From: Laetmonice hystrix | Taxonomy: Eukaryota | Assembly (NCBI GenBank): GCA_965235115.1 | Contig: OZ249436.1 | Location: 16,308,001-16,372,000, forward strand | DNA length: 64,000 bases | Reading direction: 5' to 3' | Shown: positions 12,301 through 23,489 of the stretch, in pieces | Numbering within the stretch: position 1 is the first letter of the stretch | Layout of the letters: the number at the start of each line of letters is the position of its first letter | Translations under genes and position numbers: made by a program | The notes under the pieces: generated by a model | Databases searched by the model: none | What the model saw: only the letters and a program-made list of their open reading frames with translations | What the model was told of the DNA's origin: nothing

Positions 12301-15300
12301 TTATTTTAAATTAGGAATTCTCTTTCTGCTTTGTGTCGTTTTGTTGAATATCACTTGGAATATTATTACTGTGGATCCGCACTTTTTCAACAAAAAACAC
12401 CATTCCAGATGCTGTGAATGCTCCGTTGTACAAAGCGACCCCAGTCGATGCTTTATTTCGAAGAAGGTTGTTTATCTGAAGAAAAAGAAACGTCATCAGG
12501 ACCATCCAACTTTTCTGTTAAGAAATTTAACCTTGGTGACAAGTGATTCAATTAGGCATACATATGAATAACGGCCAATCATGCTGACAAAGATATGACA
12601 AATATTTTGGTTCTGTCACAATTCAAATGCTAAAATTGAAGTAGCCTACCCTTACATACGCGAATCCAGGGGCGACACAGGGGGCACGTGCCCCCTTTAG
12701 CTTTCCTAATCCTAACTGTATACCGTACTGATTTAACTCTGCCAAGGACGCCTGGTCCGGCATTGCAATTTTTGACATGCAGTTTTTAAAATGGCCCTAT
12801 TTTTAGACATTTTGACCTATTTATCGGAAGTTTGTACCACATTCCCCAATTAACCGGATGATATCATGTTCCAAATATTATGACATATCATTGGGGTAAG
12901 AATTATAGAAGTTACAGTCAAGAAAAGACTGTTCCAAAATTTTTAAGCCCACCCGATATAGGCCTATTGGAACGTTCTCCTAGCTTTTCACATGAATTTG
13001 GAAGAAGAATCGTCATTAATTTGGAGATTCCAATCGATTCCGCCACTGAAGGGCTTAGGCCAACAAATTCCCGGTTTCTGTACGCGCGCGCGTCACTTCA
13101 GATGCCGTGCATCAGTGCTTTTTTTCTTGCCCGTACCTTGGATGACTGTGAATTGTGCTGCCACCTAGCGGTAAGGCTTGAAACTAACCATTGTTGTAAT
13201 TTGGATTTCATTAACCACTGCAACGGAAGTGTGTTGTATTCGTAGCCGATTCGTCAACTTGGGGCTCATTGGAGATTTATTAAACCAGAACATCGGGGGT
13301 GGGGGATGTCACACCCATTCGCTTATGATTATCTTTGACAGCATCGTCAAGCTTGGCACTTGAATCTGCTGAGGGTGAAACTATTCAAGATTGGCACCTT
13401 AATCTTACAACTGAGGGTGAAGGTAGGCCAAATATTCAAGCCATATTTTCTACGATAGAGTACGGTAGGCCTACACTGCTGAAAGCTATTATGAGATAAG
13501 TGACATTGGAGTGTGATGCAAAAATGCAGATGTATGCATAACTCACTTCTTCAGTATAAATAACGATATAATTTTGTTTTTAAAGCGTGGCAGTTTAATT
13601 TTACCACTGAGAATGAAGCCACCACAGCATCGTGATGTAATTTTTTTTTTACAAATTCCCTTAGTTCCCATGTTTGACGTTGGCCATTGTTTATTGTTAG
13701 TATTTGGAGTACCGTTGCTGTCGTTACCACCACAAATCTTAGACACTACAACTATTGTAATGGTAAGAACATCACTCTTTGATTTCGCCATTCACATACG
13801 TGATTTAAAGGTATCATCAGCGCGATATTTCCTATTGAGAGACACGAAATACCCGGATATATTAACCACGATAGTTCTGAAAAGACAGGTTATGCACTTG
13901 TTTATAATTTTTTATGGATGTCGATACCGAATTGTAATATATGTCTAGTGTGGATGAAAAGAGAAATTAACTCATTATTTCGAGTTAATCATGATCAATT
14001 ACAAAATAAATCGTCAGTAGTTCAAGATCGCGATCTCAAGTACATGTAGGCCTAGTTCCATTTGACACCATAAGTTACGTAATCCATTTCTGACCTTTTG
14101 AATAAACGCTATATTTGGAAGAGGTCAAAATGTCCCCTGAGGCAAGTCACGTCATTTCCTGCTCTGATAGTCATCATATGCAGCAGTGATACAATTCTGA
14201 TGATTATAAATAGTTTTTGGTAGGGTATTGTAAACTCTTCATGATTGAGGGCAGTGTCAACCCTAACCCTAACAGCTGTGGACTAACTGACGACATTTAC
14301 CTGATATCGACATAAATGAAAGCTACGCAACAGAGAAGTGAACTTGTTTCGGAGATCATTCTGACCTGTTCCAGATAAAATAGGGATGATTCAAAGACTT
14401 CATTGTGGATTGCGTAAGTTAAGGTGTTAAATGGGAGGTGACAGTGATCTTTCTAGCGAGTGGGAATTTATTTCATAATGGATCCTTTTCCATTATCCAC
14501 TCTATGGAGACATTTTGCGTTGGTGTAATTATTTCTTACAACCTATATATTCTAGCCAATGGGTTCAGTTGAAAATGCCTTTTCTTTATAAAAGTTGTCC
14601 AAATAAAGAGAATATTTCCCCACCTACCTCCCCCAGCATATCCAAGCATGAAGAAGCCCACTATTAGGAGAATTCTGAAGTAAATACCGGTAGAAACATG
14701 TTTTATATGGATACATTATCCTGTTAAACGACTGCCTATCCTCCAACTTAGGTACCCAATAAATGACACTAATATTCATTTTATTTTATTTGTCCCTCAT
14801 GCACTCACGTGCCCATTATGTGTGTGACTCGCAGCCCAAAGCGGTCAAAGAGCCAACCGGAAGGAAATGCAGATGATCCATTCAGAAACATCGCAATTGT
14901 GTATGCCAGCGACAGTTGCTTGTCCCTGGCGTCGCAATCAATGACCTCTCGGACAGTTGTCTCAGGTAAGTTTGAGGTGGCAAGCATGGTGCTGTTGTCC
15001 AGGTTACAGGCCGACTCGAAGACCCCGTCCTGTTTGAGTGTGTACACCAGCATGTTCCATCCCGTGAAACATCCACCTAGCAGGATTGCCTCCAGATAAC
15101 CGACCACCAACGTCACAACAGCCTTCCGGCCCAGGCCATGCTCCTCGCCTTTTTCCTGTAAATATTTATTTGGTGAAACACAGTTTCTCATATCGGTTTA
15201 TGTAAACCCTATGGCAGTGAAGTTTTGCAATATTATACACACTAAGAATATAAAGTAGATCTAGTCGTTATGTACAAAAGACAATCAGATATTGAAGAAA

Positions 15301-17535
15301 GATAAAGATCTATGGGGAATTTTCCATAAAATTGTCTTCTGGGTTAGGATTAATCCTAGCTTGCACTTGTCGAGCCTAGATTTACATGAAGATTTTTTCT
15401 ATGATCTACTTGTAAATAGTTCCAACGACAACAATTCTATTAAATAATTTGGAGATTTGTTGAAGAAATATGAAAATAATGAAAACACGTTAGTCAGCAT
15501 AATTATCGTGCATTTGTAATGCTGAACACGTGTTGTAAACATCCTGCCACGCTAATATAGCCCTAGCTCCGGGGGACCATTGCCGTCAGAATGGGGAGCC
15601 AGGCGAATCGCTCATCCTCAGTGGTCATGTACGGGGGACCATTGGCGTCAGAATGGGGAGCCAGGCGAATCGTTCCTACTCGGTGGTCATACATGTACGG
15701 GGGACCATTGCCGTCAGAATGGGGAGCCAGTCGAATCGCTCATACCCAGTGGTCATGTACGGGGGACCATTGCCGTCAGAATGGGGAGCCAGGCGAATCG
15801 TTCCTACTCGGTGGTCATACATGTACGGGGGACCATTGCCGTCAGAATGGGGAGCCAGTCGAATCGCTCATACCCAGTGGTCATGTACGGGGGACCATTG
15901 CCGTCAGAATGGGGAGCCAGGCGAATCGTTCCTACTCGGTGGTCATACATGTACGGGGGACCATTGCCGTCAGAATGGGGAGCCAGTCGAATCGCTCATA
16001 CTCAGTGGTCATGTACGGGGGACCATTGCCGTCAGAATGGGGAGCCAGTCGAATCGCTCATACTCAGTGGTCATGTACGGGGGACCATTGCCGTCAGAAT
16101 GGGGAGCCAGTCGAATCGCTCATACTCAGTGGTCATGTACGGGGGACCATTGCCGTCAGAATGGGAAGCCAGTCGAATCGCTCATACTCAGTGGTCATGT
16201 ACGGGGGACAATCAATTGCCGTCAGAATGGGGGGCCAGTCGAATCGCTTATACTCAGTGGTCATGTACGGGGGACCATTGCCGTCAGAATGGGAAGCCAG
16301 TCGAATCGCTCATACTCAGTGGTCATGTACGGGGGACCATTGCCGTCCGAATGGAGAGCCAGTCGAATCGCTCATACTCAGTGGTCATGTACGGGGGAAC
16401 ATTGCCGTCAGAATGGGGAGCCAGTCGAATCGCTCATACTCAGTGGTCATGTACGGGGGACCATTGCCGTCAGAATGGGGAGCCAGTCGAATCGCTCATA
16501 CTCAGTGGTCATGTACGGGGGACCATTGCCGTCAGAATGGGAAGCCAGTCCAATCGCTTATACTCAGTGGTCATGTACGGGGGACCATTGCCGTCAGAAT
16601 GGGGAGCCAGTCCAATCGCTTATACTCAGTGGTCATGTACGGGGGAACATTGCTGTCAGAATGGGGAGCCAGGCGAATCGCTCATACTCGGTGGTCAAGT
16701 ACGGGGGACCATTGCCGTCAGAACGGGGAGCCAGTCCAATCGCTTATACTCAGTGGTCATGTACGGGGGAACATTGCTGTCAGAATGGGGAGCCAGTCGA
16801 ATCGCTCATACCCAGTGGTCATGTGCGGGGGAACATTGCCGTCAGAATGGGGAGCCAGGCGAATCGCTCATTTTGCCTTTCTGAAAGCGCGCTGAGATTG
16901 AAATAATATAGAATAAGGTGGGGCAAGACGCCCCCTCTGAATGCCACGTGTTTCGTTCATGTTATAAAGTTATGGCAGTTCTGTTATGCAAAGGGGTGTT
17001 TATATGCATCAGTAGGGAGTGTAAAAAAAAAGGAATCAAAAACGGGGTAAAACGCCCCTTATTAGATATCCACCTTCTGTACATGGACTTTTGGTACCAC
17101 TAGTACCCTTGGTTAAATGAGCGATTTTCGGCTATTTTAATCCACCTGTCTCGATCAGATGCCCCGTAGGAGCGAATCGTGTCCTCGGGCGAATCTGATC
17201 CTAGACTTTGTAGGATAGCCTTATTAGGACTCGATTCCAAATCGTGTACCATGTACCAGATCCTAACTTCACACTGCTCGTCTTTTTATTTATTTACATC
17301 CGGTCGCTCCAGTGTATGCATTCATACATTTGTACATGTACGTAGGGGTGTCCATTCACATATAATGTTATCGCCTCACAATTGAGTCCTACACTATTGA
17401 CCCCAAGATGCCTGGTTGTAACCTACCTAACCCTTAAACCTATCTCTGGGTCTTATTACTGCAATAATTATAGAGAATTACCTGGATTAGATCCGCCCTA
17501 CTAGATGCGATAGAATTAGAGCCAGTCATCGTCAT
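9317..17535 (-). CDS. SLC43A3: Solute carrier family 43 (SLC43A3/LAT3-like) MFS transporter
   Basis: Exons (minus): 17535-17482 (putative first, MTMTGSN...LIQ|GT, phase 0), 15155-14809, 14674-14628, one unresolved exon (candidate 14365-14301), 12475-12383, 12033-11649, 11348-11247, 10407-10218, 9875-9758, 9448-9317. SLC43-like motifs: GWNMLVYTLKQDGVF, GWLFDRFG, LYNGAF, FPASHFGKLFG, VHP. Orthology within SLC43 is not established, so the symbol denotes the closest family member. Confidence 0.82.
10642..11231. mobile_element. MITE with ~35-40-bp TIRs in SLC43 intron
   Basis: GCGTTCGATTACTTCCCCCGGGCTTACTCGCGC ... GCGCGAGTAAGCCCGGGGGAAATAATCGAACGC. Confidence 0.6.
12735..12958. mobile_element. 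Dispersed Tc1/mariner-like end fragment (other copies at 8060-8203 and, inverted, 51363-51532)
   Basis: Three copies of CCTGGTCCGGCATTGCAATTT...GATATCATGTTCCAAATATTA. The terminus GCCCACCCGA|TA resembles mariner TIRs. Confidence 0.55.
15571..16870. repeat. 62-bp minisatellite (~21 copies, 66-bp variants) in SLC43 intron 1
   Basis: Unit GGGGACCATTGCCGTCAGAATGGGGAGCCAGTCGAATCGCTCATACTCAGTGGTCATGTACG. Confidence 0.97.
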
Positions 17536-17776
17536 GTAGCCGATCCAGTCGCTATATCGTGACTAGATACCCGAATACTCCATTGGTTAGGGTTGGCGTT
17601 GTGTCGTTACACAGCAAAATTTTCTGTGATAAGTGTGATAGCTCCCTCCCTGTAGAGCTCAAAGTGTAAGCATATCTGAACACTTCAACTGCTTGACACG
17701 AGAGTTCTTAATGTTCGTGCCAACAAAGGTTAACCTTTCACCACCAAGGACGGCTTATAAAATTGATCACATTAGC

Positions 17777-19247
17777 GTTTTGTAAATGTATCATCCCACG
17801 TCCAGGAATTGTTTTGTAAATGTATCATCCCACGTCCAGGAGTTGTTTTGTAAATCTACCATCCCATGTCCAGGAATTGTTTTGTAAATCTACCATCCCA
17901 TGTCCAGGAATTGTTTTGTAAATCTACCATCCCACGTCCAGGAATTGTTTTGTAAATCTACCATCCCACGTCCAGGAATTGTTTTGTAAATCTACCATCC
18001 CACGTCCAGAAATTGTTTTGTAAATCAACCATCCCACGTCCAGGAATTGTTTTGTAAATCTACTATCCCACGTCCAGGAATTGTTTTGTAAATCTATCAT
18101 CCCACGTCCAGGAGTTGTTTTGTAAATGTATCATCCCACGTCCAGGAATTGATGGCACATCTACCATCCCACGTCCAGGAATTGATGGCACATCTACCAT
18201 CCCACGTCCGGGAATTGTTTAGTAAATCTACCATCCCACGTCCAGGAATTGTTTTGTAAATCTACCATCCCACGTCCAGGAATTGATGGCACATCTATCA
18301 TCCCACGTCCAGGAATTGTTTAGTAAATCTACCATCCCACGTCCAGGAATTGATGGCACATCTATCATCCCACGTCCAGGAATTGTTTAGTAAATCTACC
18401 ATCCCACGTCCAGGAATTGTTTTGTAAATCTACCATCCCACGTCCAGGAGTTGTTTTGTAAATCTACCATCCCACGTCCAGGAATTGTTTAGTAAATCTA
18501 CCATCCCACGTCCAGGAATTGTTTTGTAAATCTACCATCCCACGTCCAGGAATTGTTTTGTAAATCTACCATCCCACGTCGAGGGGTTGTCTTGTAAATC
18601 TACCATCCCACGTCCAGGAATTGTTTTGTAAATCTACCATCCCACGTCGAGGGGTTGTCTTGTAAATCTACCATCCCACGTCCAGGAGTTGTTTTGTAAA
18701 TCTACCATCCCATGTCCAGGAATTGTTTTGTAAATCTACCATCCCATGTCCAGGAATTGTTTTGTAAATCTACCATCCCACGTCCAGGAATTGTTTTGTA
18801 AATCTACCATCCCACGTCCAGGAATTGTTTTGTAAATCTACCATCCCACGTCCAGGAATTGTTTTGTAAATCTACCATCCCACGTCGAGGGGTTGTCTTG
18901 TAAATCTACCATCCCACGTCCAGGAATTGTTTTGTAAATCTACCATCCCACGTCGAGGGGTTGTCTTGTAAATCTACCATCCCACGTCCAGGAATTGTTT
19001 AGTAAATCTACCATCCGACGTCCAGGAATCGATGACACATCTATCATCCCACGTCCAGGAATTGATGGCACATCTACCATCCCACGTCCAGGAATTGTTT
19101 TGTAAATCTACCATCCCACGTCCAGAAATTGTTTTGTAAATCAACCATCCCACGTCCAGGAATTGTTTTGTAAATCTACCATCCCACGTCCAGGAATTGT
19201 TTTGTAAATCTACCATCCCACGTCCAGGAATTGTTTGGTAAATCTAC
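17777..19247. repeat. 34-bp minisatellite (~43 copies)
   Basis: Unit CCATCCCACGTCCAGGAATTGTTTTGTAAATCTA. Confidence 0.97.
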
Positions 19248-19727
19248 CCCCCCGGTCTCCCTTGCCCCCCCCCCCCCACTATAGTGCCTCTGCCGAGGTC
19301 GGCCCAGATGTCTATAACCCAATTTCCGTGCTTGTAACTGTGCCGTGAACATAACTTATAATTCGGCCTACTTGACAAATCAAGAGAAATCTCACAGCTT
19401 GTACTTTATGTTTATATTAATTTTGTGATCGCTCACTTAAGGCGACACGTACGTGAGCGGAAGCAATGAAGGCGGGAAGAAACCGGAAATAGAAGTTTGC
19501 AACATGGCTGACAACAGTGTCACTTTAATCCGTGGCCAATAGGGATGTATCGCGTAATATATCCGACCAATCACAGTGGACCATATCCAGTTTAAAATTC
19601 TTTTTATCCTTTAATGATCTATTATTAACGGGTAGGCCATTCCACAATACTGATCCCATTATAAGAGTTACATTTCTTGAAAAGTTCACTTCTAGGCTGC
19701 GGAACGTTAAATAACATGGCATCGTCT

Positions 19728-20198
19728 TAATTAACTGGATAGAGCGGAATATTTCTGAAGGTCCTAATTAATCGCATGGAGCGGGATATTTTTAAAGAGC
19801 CTAATTAACCGCATGGAACGGGATATTCTTGAAGGTCCTAATAATCGCATGGACCAGAATATTTTTGAAGGTCCTAATTAATCGCATGGAACGGGATATT
19901 TTTGGAGGGTTGCATGGAGCGGGATATTTCTGAAGGGCCTAATTAATCGCATGGAGCGGGATATTTGTTAAGGTCCTAAATAACGGCATGGAGCGGGATA
20001 TTTTTTAAGGTCGATCCTAATTAACCAGATGGAGCGGGATATTTTTGAAGGTCCTTATTAACTAAATGGAGCGGAATATTTTTGCAGGTCCTAATTAGCC
20101 ACATGGAGCGGGGTATTTCTGCAGGTCCTAATAACTAAATGGAGCGGAATACTTTTGCAGGTCCTATATTAGCGACACGGATCGGAATATTTTTGAGG
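19728..20198. repeat. Degenerate ~38-bp minisatellite
   Basis: Unit ~ATGGAGCGGGATATTTTTGAAGGTCCTAATTAATCGC, about 12 copies. Confidence 0.85.
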
Positions 20199-20540
20199 CA
20201 TATGTCTCTAGATAATTACGGCAGGATGTCGTTTGGTCCAAATGGACTGGACAGTTGGCCTGGTTGCGGCCGTAAGGACAGGAATAAAGACGCATTTATA
20301 GCCGTTTGGAACCTTCAGCCTTGAGAGTGTATCCTGGCAATAACAGGAGCAGTGGCCATGGGGCGTTGCAATCACCTCTCACTAATGGCCGTTTGACACC
20401 GCCACGCCGTTCATTTCCTATGGATGTTAACATGGTTGCCATGTAGCCTACATTCTATCATCAAATTTTAACACTTGGACACATATACAGGGAGAGTATA
20501 AAAGTATTGGTTAACTTCGTTTGGCTATCTGTATTTTTTA

Positions 20541-20611
20541 CTCTCTCTCTGTCTGTCTCTCTCTCTGTCTCTCTCTCTCTCTGTCTCTCTCTCTGTCTCT
20601 CTCTCTCTCTC

Positions 20612-20642
<31 letters not shown>

Positions 20643-20680
20643 TTCTCTCTTTCTCTCTCTCTCTCTCTCTTTCTCTCCCT
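20541..20680. repeat. (CT)n microsatellite
   Basis: Seen directly. Confidence 0.95.
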
Positions 20681-21408
20681 CTGCCTTTTGCCTTTTGCCT
20701 GCCTGGCTGCCTGGCCGCCTCCCTCCCTACTATAACCTTTGGACAACCATTATGTATATCTACTACGAGAGTGTCAGGGAATCTGTGCTATTATGTAAAA
20801 TCGGAAGCCTTTAGATGTGACGCCTTGTCACTAATTGAAACTTTGGGCGACTGTCTTCCAAGGTCATCAACTTCTCCTGGCCAAAGTCAGTTGCCCAGCT
20901 ACAATACAGTACAATACAGCTTCTGTGTCCATTGACGTTGCCCTAGGAACTGTAAACCCATCATTAACCCCCCACAGTACTCATCAACAATCATTAGGGT
21001 CAAAGACACCAGCAAAAGGGCAGGGGGATTGCCTCTTAAGTGCGAGGATGGGATGGAGAGATGTTGCTGTTATTTCTTATATTATGGGATCAATGGAACC
21101 TTAGTGTGTTGCACCTTATGAAGGTAAAGGCTTTTAAAGGCTATACAGTCTATCACTCCAGCACCGTGTTATTGGAGATTACTAGATATAACGGCTGACC
21201 GTTACCAAAGACACAAACAATATGTATAGGCCGTCTGTTCTGTGAGGCGCAAGTTGCTGGCCAGGTGGCACTGCGGTAGGTGGTGGTCGTTCGTTAGTAT
21301 ATCCAGAGAACTGTTCCACGCCACAGGGGGAGGTTTCGAGTTTCAGAGACCGTAAGTCAGAGGCAGGAGACGCATAATATCTTTACCGGGCGGGAGCGAA
21401 GAGGATCG

Positions 21409-22215
21409 CCCCCCCCTCTCACGAAGTACGTGTTCCGGTATGTGGGTCTCCCCCTCCGTCACCAAGTACGTGTTCCGGTATGTGGGTCTCCCCCTCCGTC
21501 ACCAAGTACGTGTTCCGGTATGTGGGTTTCCCCCTCCGTCACCAAGTACGTGTTCCGGTATGTGGGTCTCCCCTCCGTCACCAAGTACGTGTTCCGGTAT
21601 GTGGGTCTCCCCTCCGTCACCAAGTACGTGTTCCGGTATGTGGGTCTCCCCCCTCCGTCACCAAGTACGTGTTCCGGTATGTGGGTCTCCCCTCCGTCAC
21701 CAAGTACGTGTTCCGGTATGTGGGTCTCCCCTCCGTCACCAAGTACGTGTTCCGGTATGTGGGTCTCCCCTCCGTCACCAAGTACGTGTTCCGGTATGTG
21801 GGTCTCCCCCCTCCGTCACCAAGTACGTGTTCCGGTATGTGGGTCTCCCCTCCGTCACCAAGTACGTGTTCCGGTATGTGGGTCTCCCCCTCTCTCACCA
21901 AGTACGTGTTCCGGTATGTGGGTTCCCCCTCTCTCACCAAGTACGTGTTCCGATATGTGGGGCTCCCCCCTCCGTCACCAAGTACGTGTTCCGGTATGTG
22001 GGTCTCCCCCTCTCTCACCAAGTACGTGTTCCGGTATGTGGGTTCCCCCTCTCTCACCAAGTACGTGTTCCGGTATGTGGGTCTCCCCCTCCCTCACCAA
22101 GTACGTGTTCCGGTATATGTGGGGCTCCCCCCTCCGTCACCAAGTACGTGTTCCGGTATGTGGGTCCCCCCCCCTCTGTCACCAAGTACGTGTTTCGGCC
22201 GTCCCCTCTCTCACC
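21409..22215. repeat. 39-41-bp minisatellite (~20 copies)
   Basis: Unit CCAAGTACGTGTTCCGGTATGTGGGTCTCCCCTCCGTCA. Confidence 0.97.
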
Positions 22216-23160
22216 AGGGGCCGCGCACGGCAATGATCTTAAAGAGGTTTAGGGTTAGAGTATGGTACAGGTGGGGGTTAGCGTGAAGTTATATATGAAG
22301 GTATACGGGGGATCGAAAGTCATTTCCCCTTCTATTAACTTTTAAAAAATACCTACTTTTCTTGACGTTTTATTATTATTTTCGTATTCTTAAGTTGTTA
22401 TGTGCATCCAAATTGCAATACAAGCAATAATCAATCGAGCATTACTCTTAGTGATTCTCATATATAGCAATTTGTCCGAATATGGTTTAAACATATTTTA
22501 GACTTTAAGAATTGGCTCCTTTTTTAAATGACAAGCGGGTCTTGGTGCTGATGCTCTCTTATTGTCTGAAATAAGGTGTGGATCATTAGATCCTGTCGGG
22601 GTTCTTCTTTTTCCTCCTCCTCCACTTCTGCTTCGCCTTCTTCATGTTTTTGTCAGTACGTGGTGCGAAAGGTTTGTTCATGCCACACAGGTAGGCCTAC
22701 AAGATATCCCCAAGTGAAATTTCTTGTTTGGATTTGGTTATACTAGAAAAGGTAGAGAAAGAAGATACCATACCCCCCCCCCCCCCCCCATATATATATA
22801 TATGTGCGACCTTTGCTCGCGTAAACACGAGGTTAGGGTTTGCTCTAACCCTATCATGCCCCTATCAAAATGTCCGACCTCGTAAACACGAGAACGTAAG
22901 ATGAATGTTTTACTGCATCGTTTTTCATTCTAGCTGGATAGCACAGTGTTGACCACCCGCCACACCTGGGAGTCTGCCATGGAGACCAGTTTCTGATTGC
23001 CGGCCAGGTAAGACATTGCTGCCTGCCTAGCTGCGTCATGTCTCACATAATGACGACAAGGAGGCAACAGCTGGGGACCCGGGAGAGCTACTCGTCGATA
23101 TCGATCTCTTTGTGATTCCTGTTTCTTCCGTGAATGACCACTCGCGTACATCTTAATATG

Positions 23161-23163
<3 letters not shown>

Positions 23164-23220
<57 letters not shown>

Positions 23221-23230
23221 AGGGAGAGAG
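23164..23230. repeat. (GA)n microsatellite ~270 bp upstream of the Amt-A ATG
   Basis: Seen directly. Confidence 0.95.
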
Positions 23231-23489
23231 TCGCGGACGTGGCGTCTATGAACAAAATCGCAGATGGTCGCAATGTCAGATAGCCACCCTGACGTTAGAA
23301 AGCCTCACATAAACATCAGGTAAAAGGCGTCGGACAACACCGATAGTGGTGAGCACACCGCGGGTATTACCTCTGTAAGGGACGCTCTCCGGCCTAGCGG
23401 TCACCACACAGGGGTAAGGGTGAGGGTAGTTAAAACGGTGAGGGTGTTCACGGCAGGAAGCAGTACCTAGAGAGAGGGCGGCTTTGAAG

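Noticed and set aside
15580..16906. Three overlapping 417-434-aa ORFs
   Set aside because: They are the translation of a stop-free 62-bp minisatellite in all three frames, antisense within the SLC43 intron, with no domain signal.
17777..19247. CRISPR-like array (34-bp repeats)
   Set aside because: The repeats are contiguous with no unique spacers, no cas genes are present and the context is eukaryotic. The same applies to the other arrays.
20507..20935. Leu/Ser-rich and Glu/Arg-rich ORFs
   Set aside because: Translation of the (CT)n microsatellite.
21430..22286. Three ~270-aa ORFs
   Set aside because: Artefact of the 39-41-bp minisatellite.
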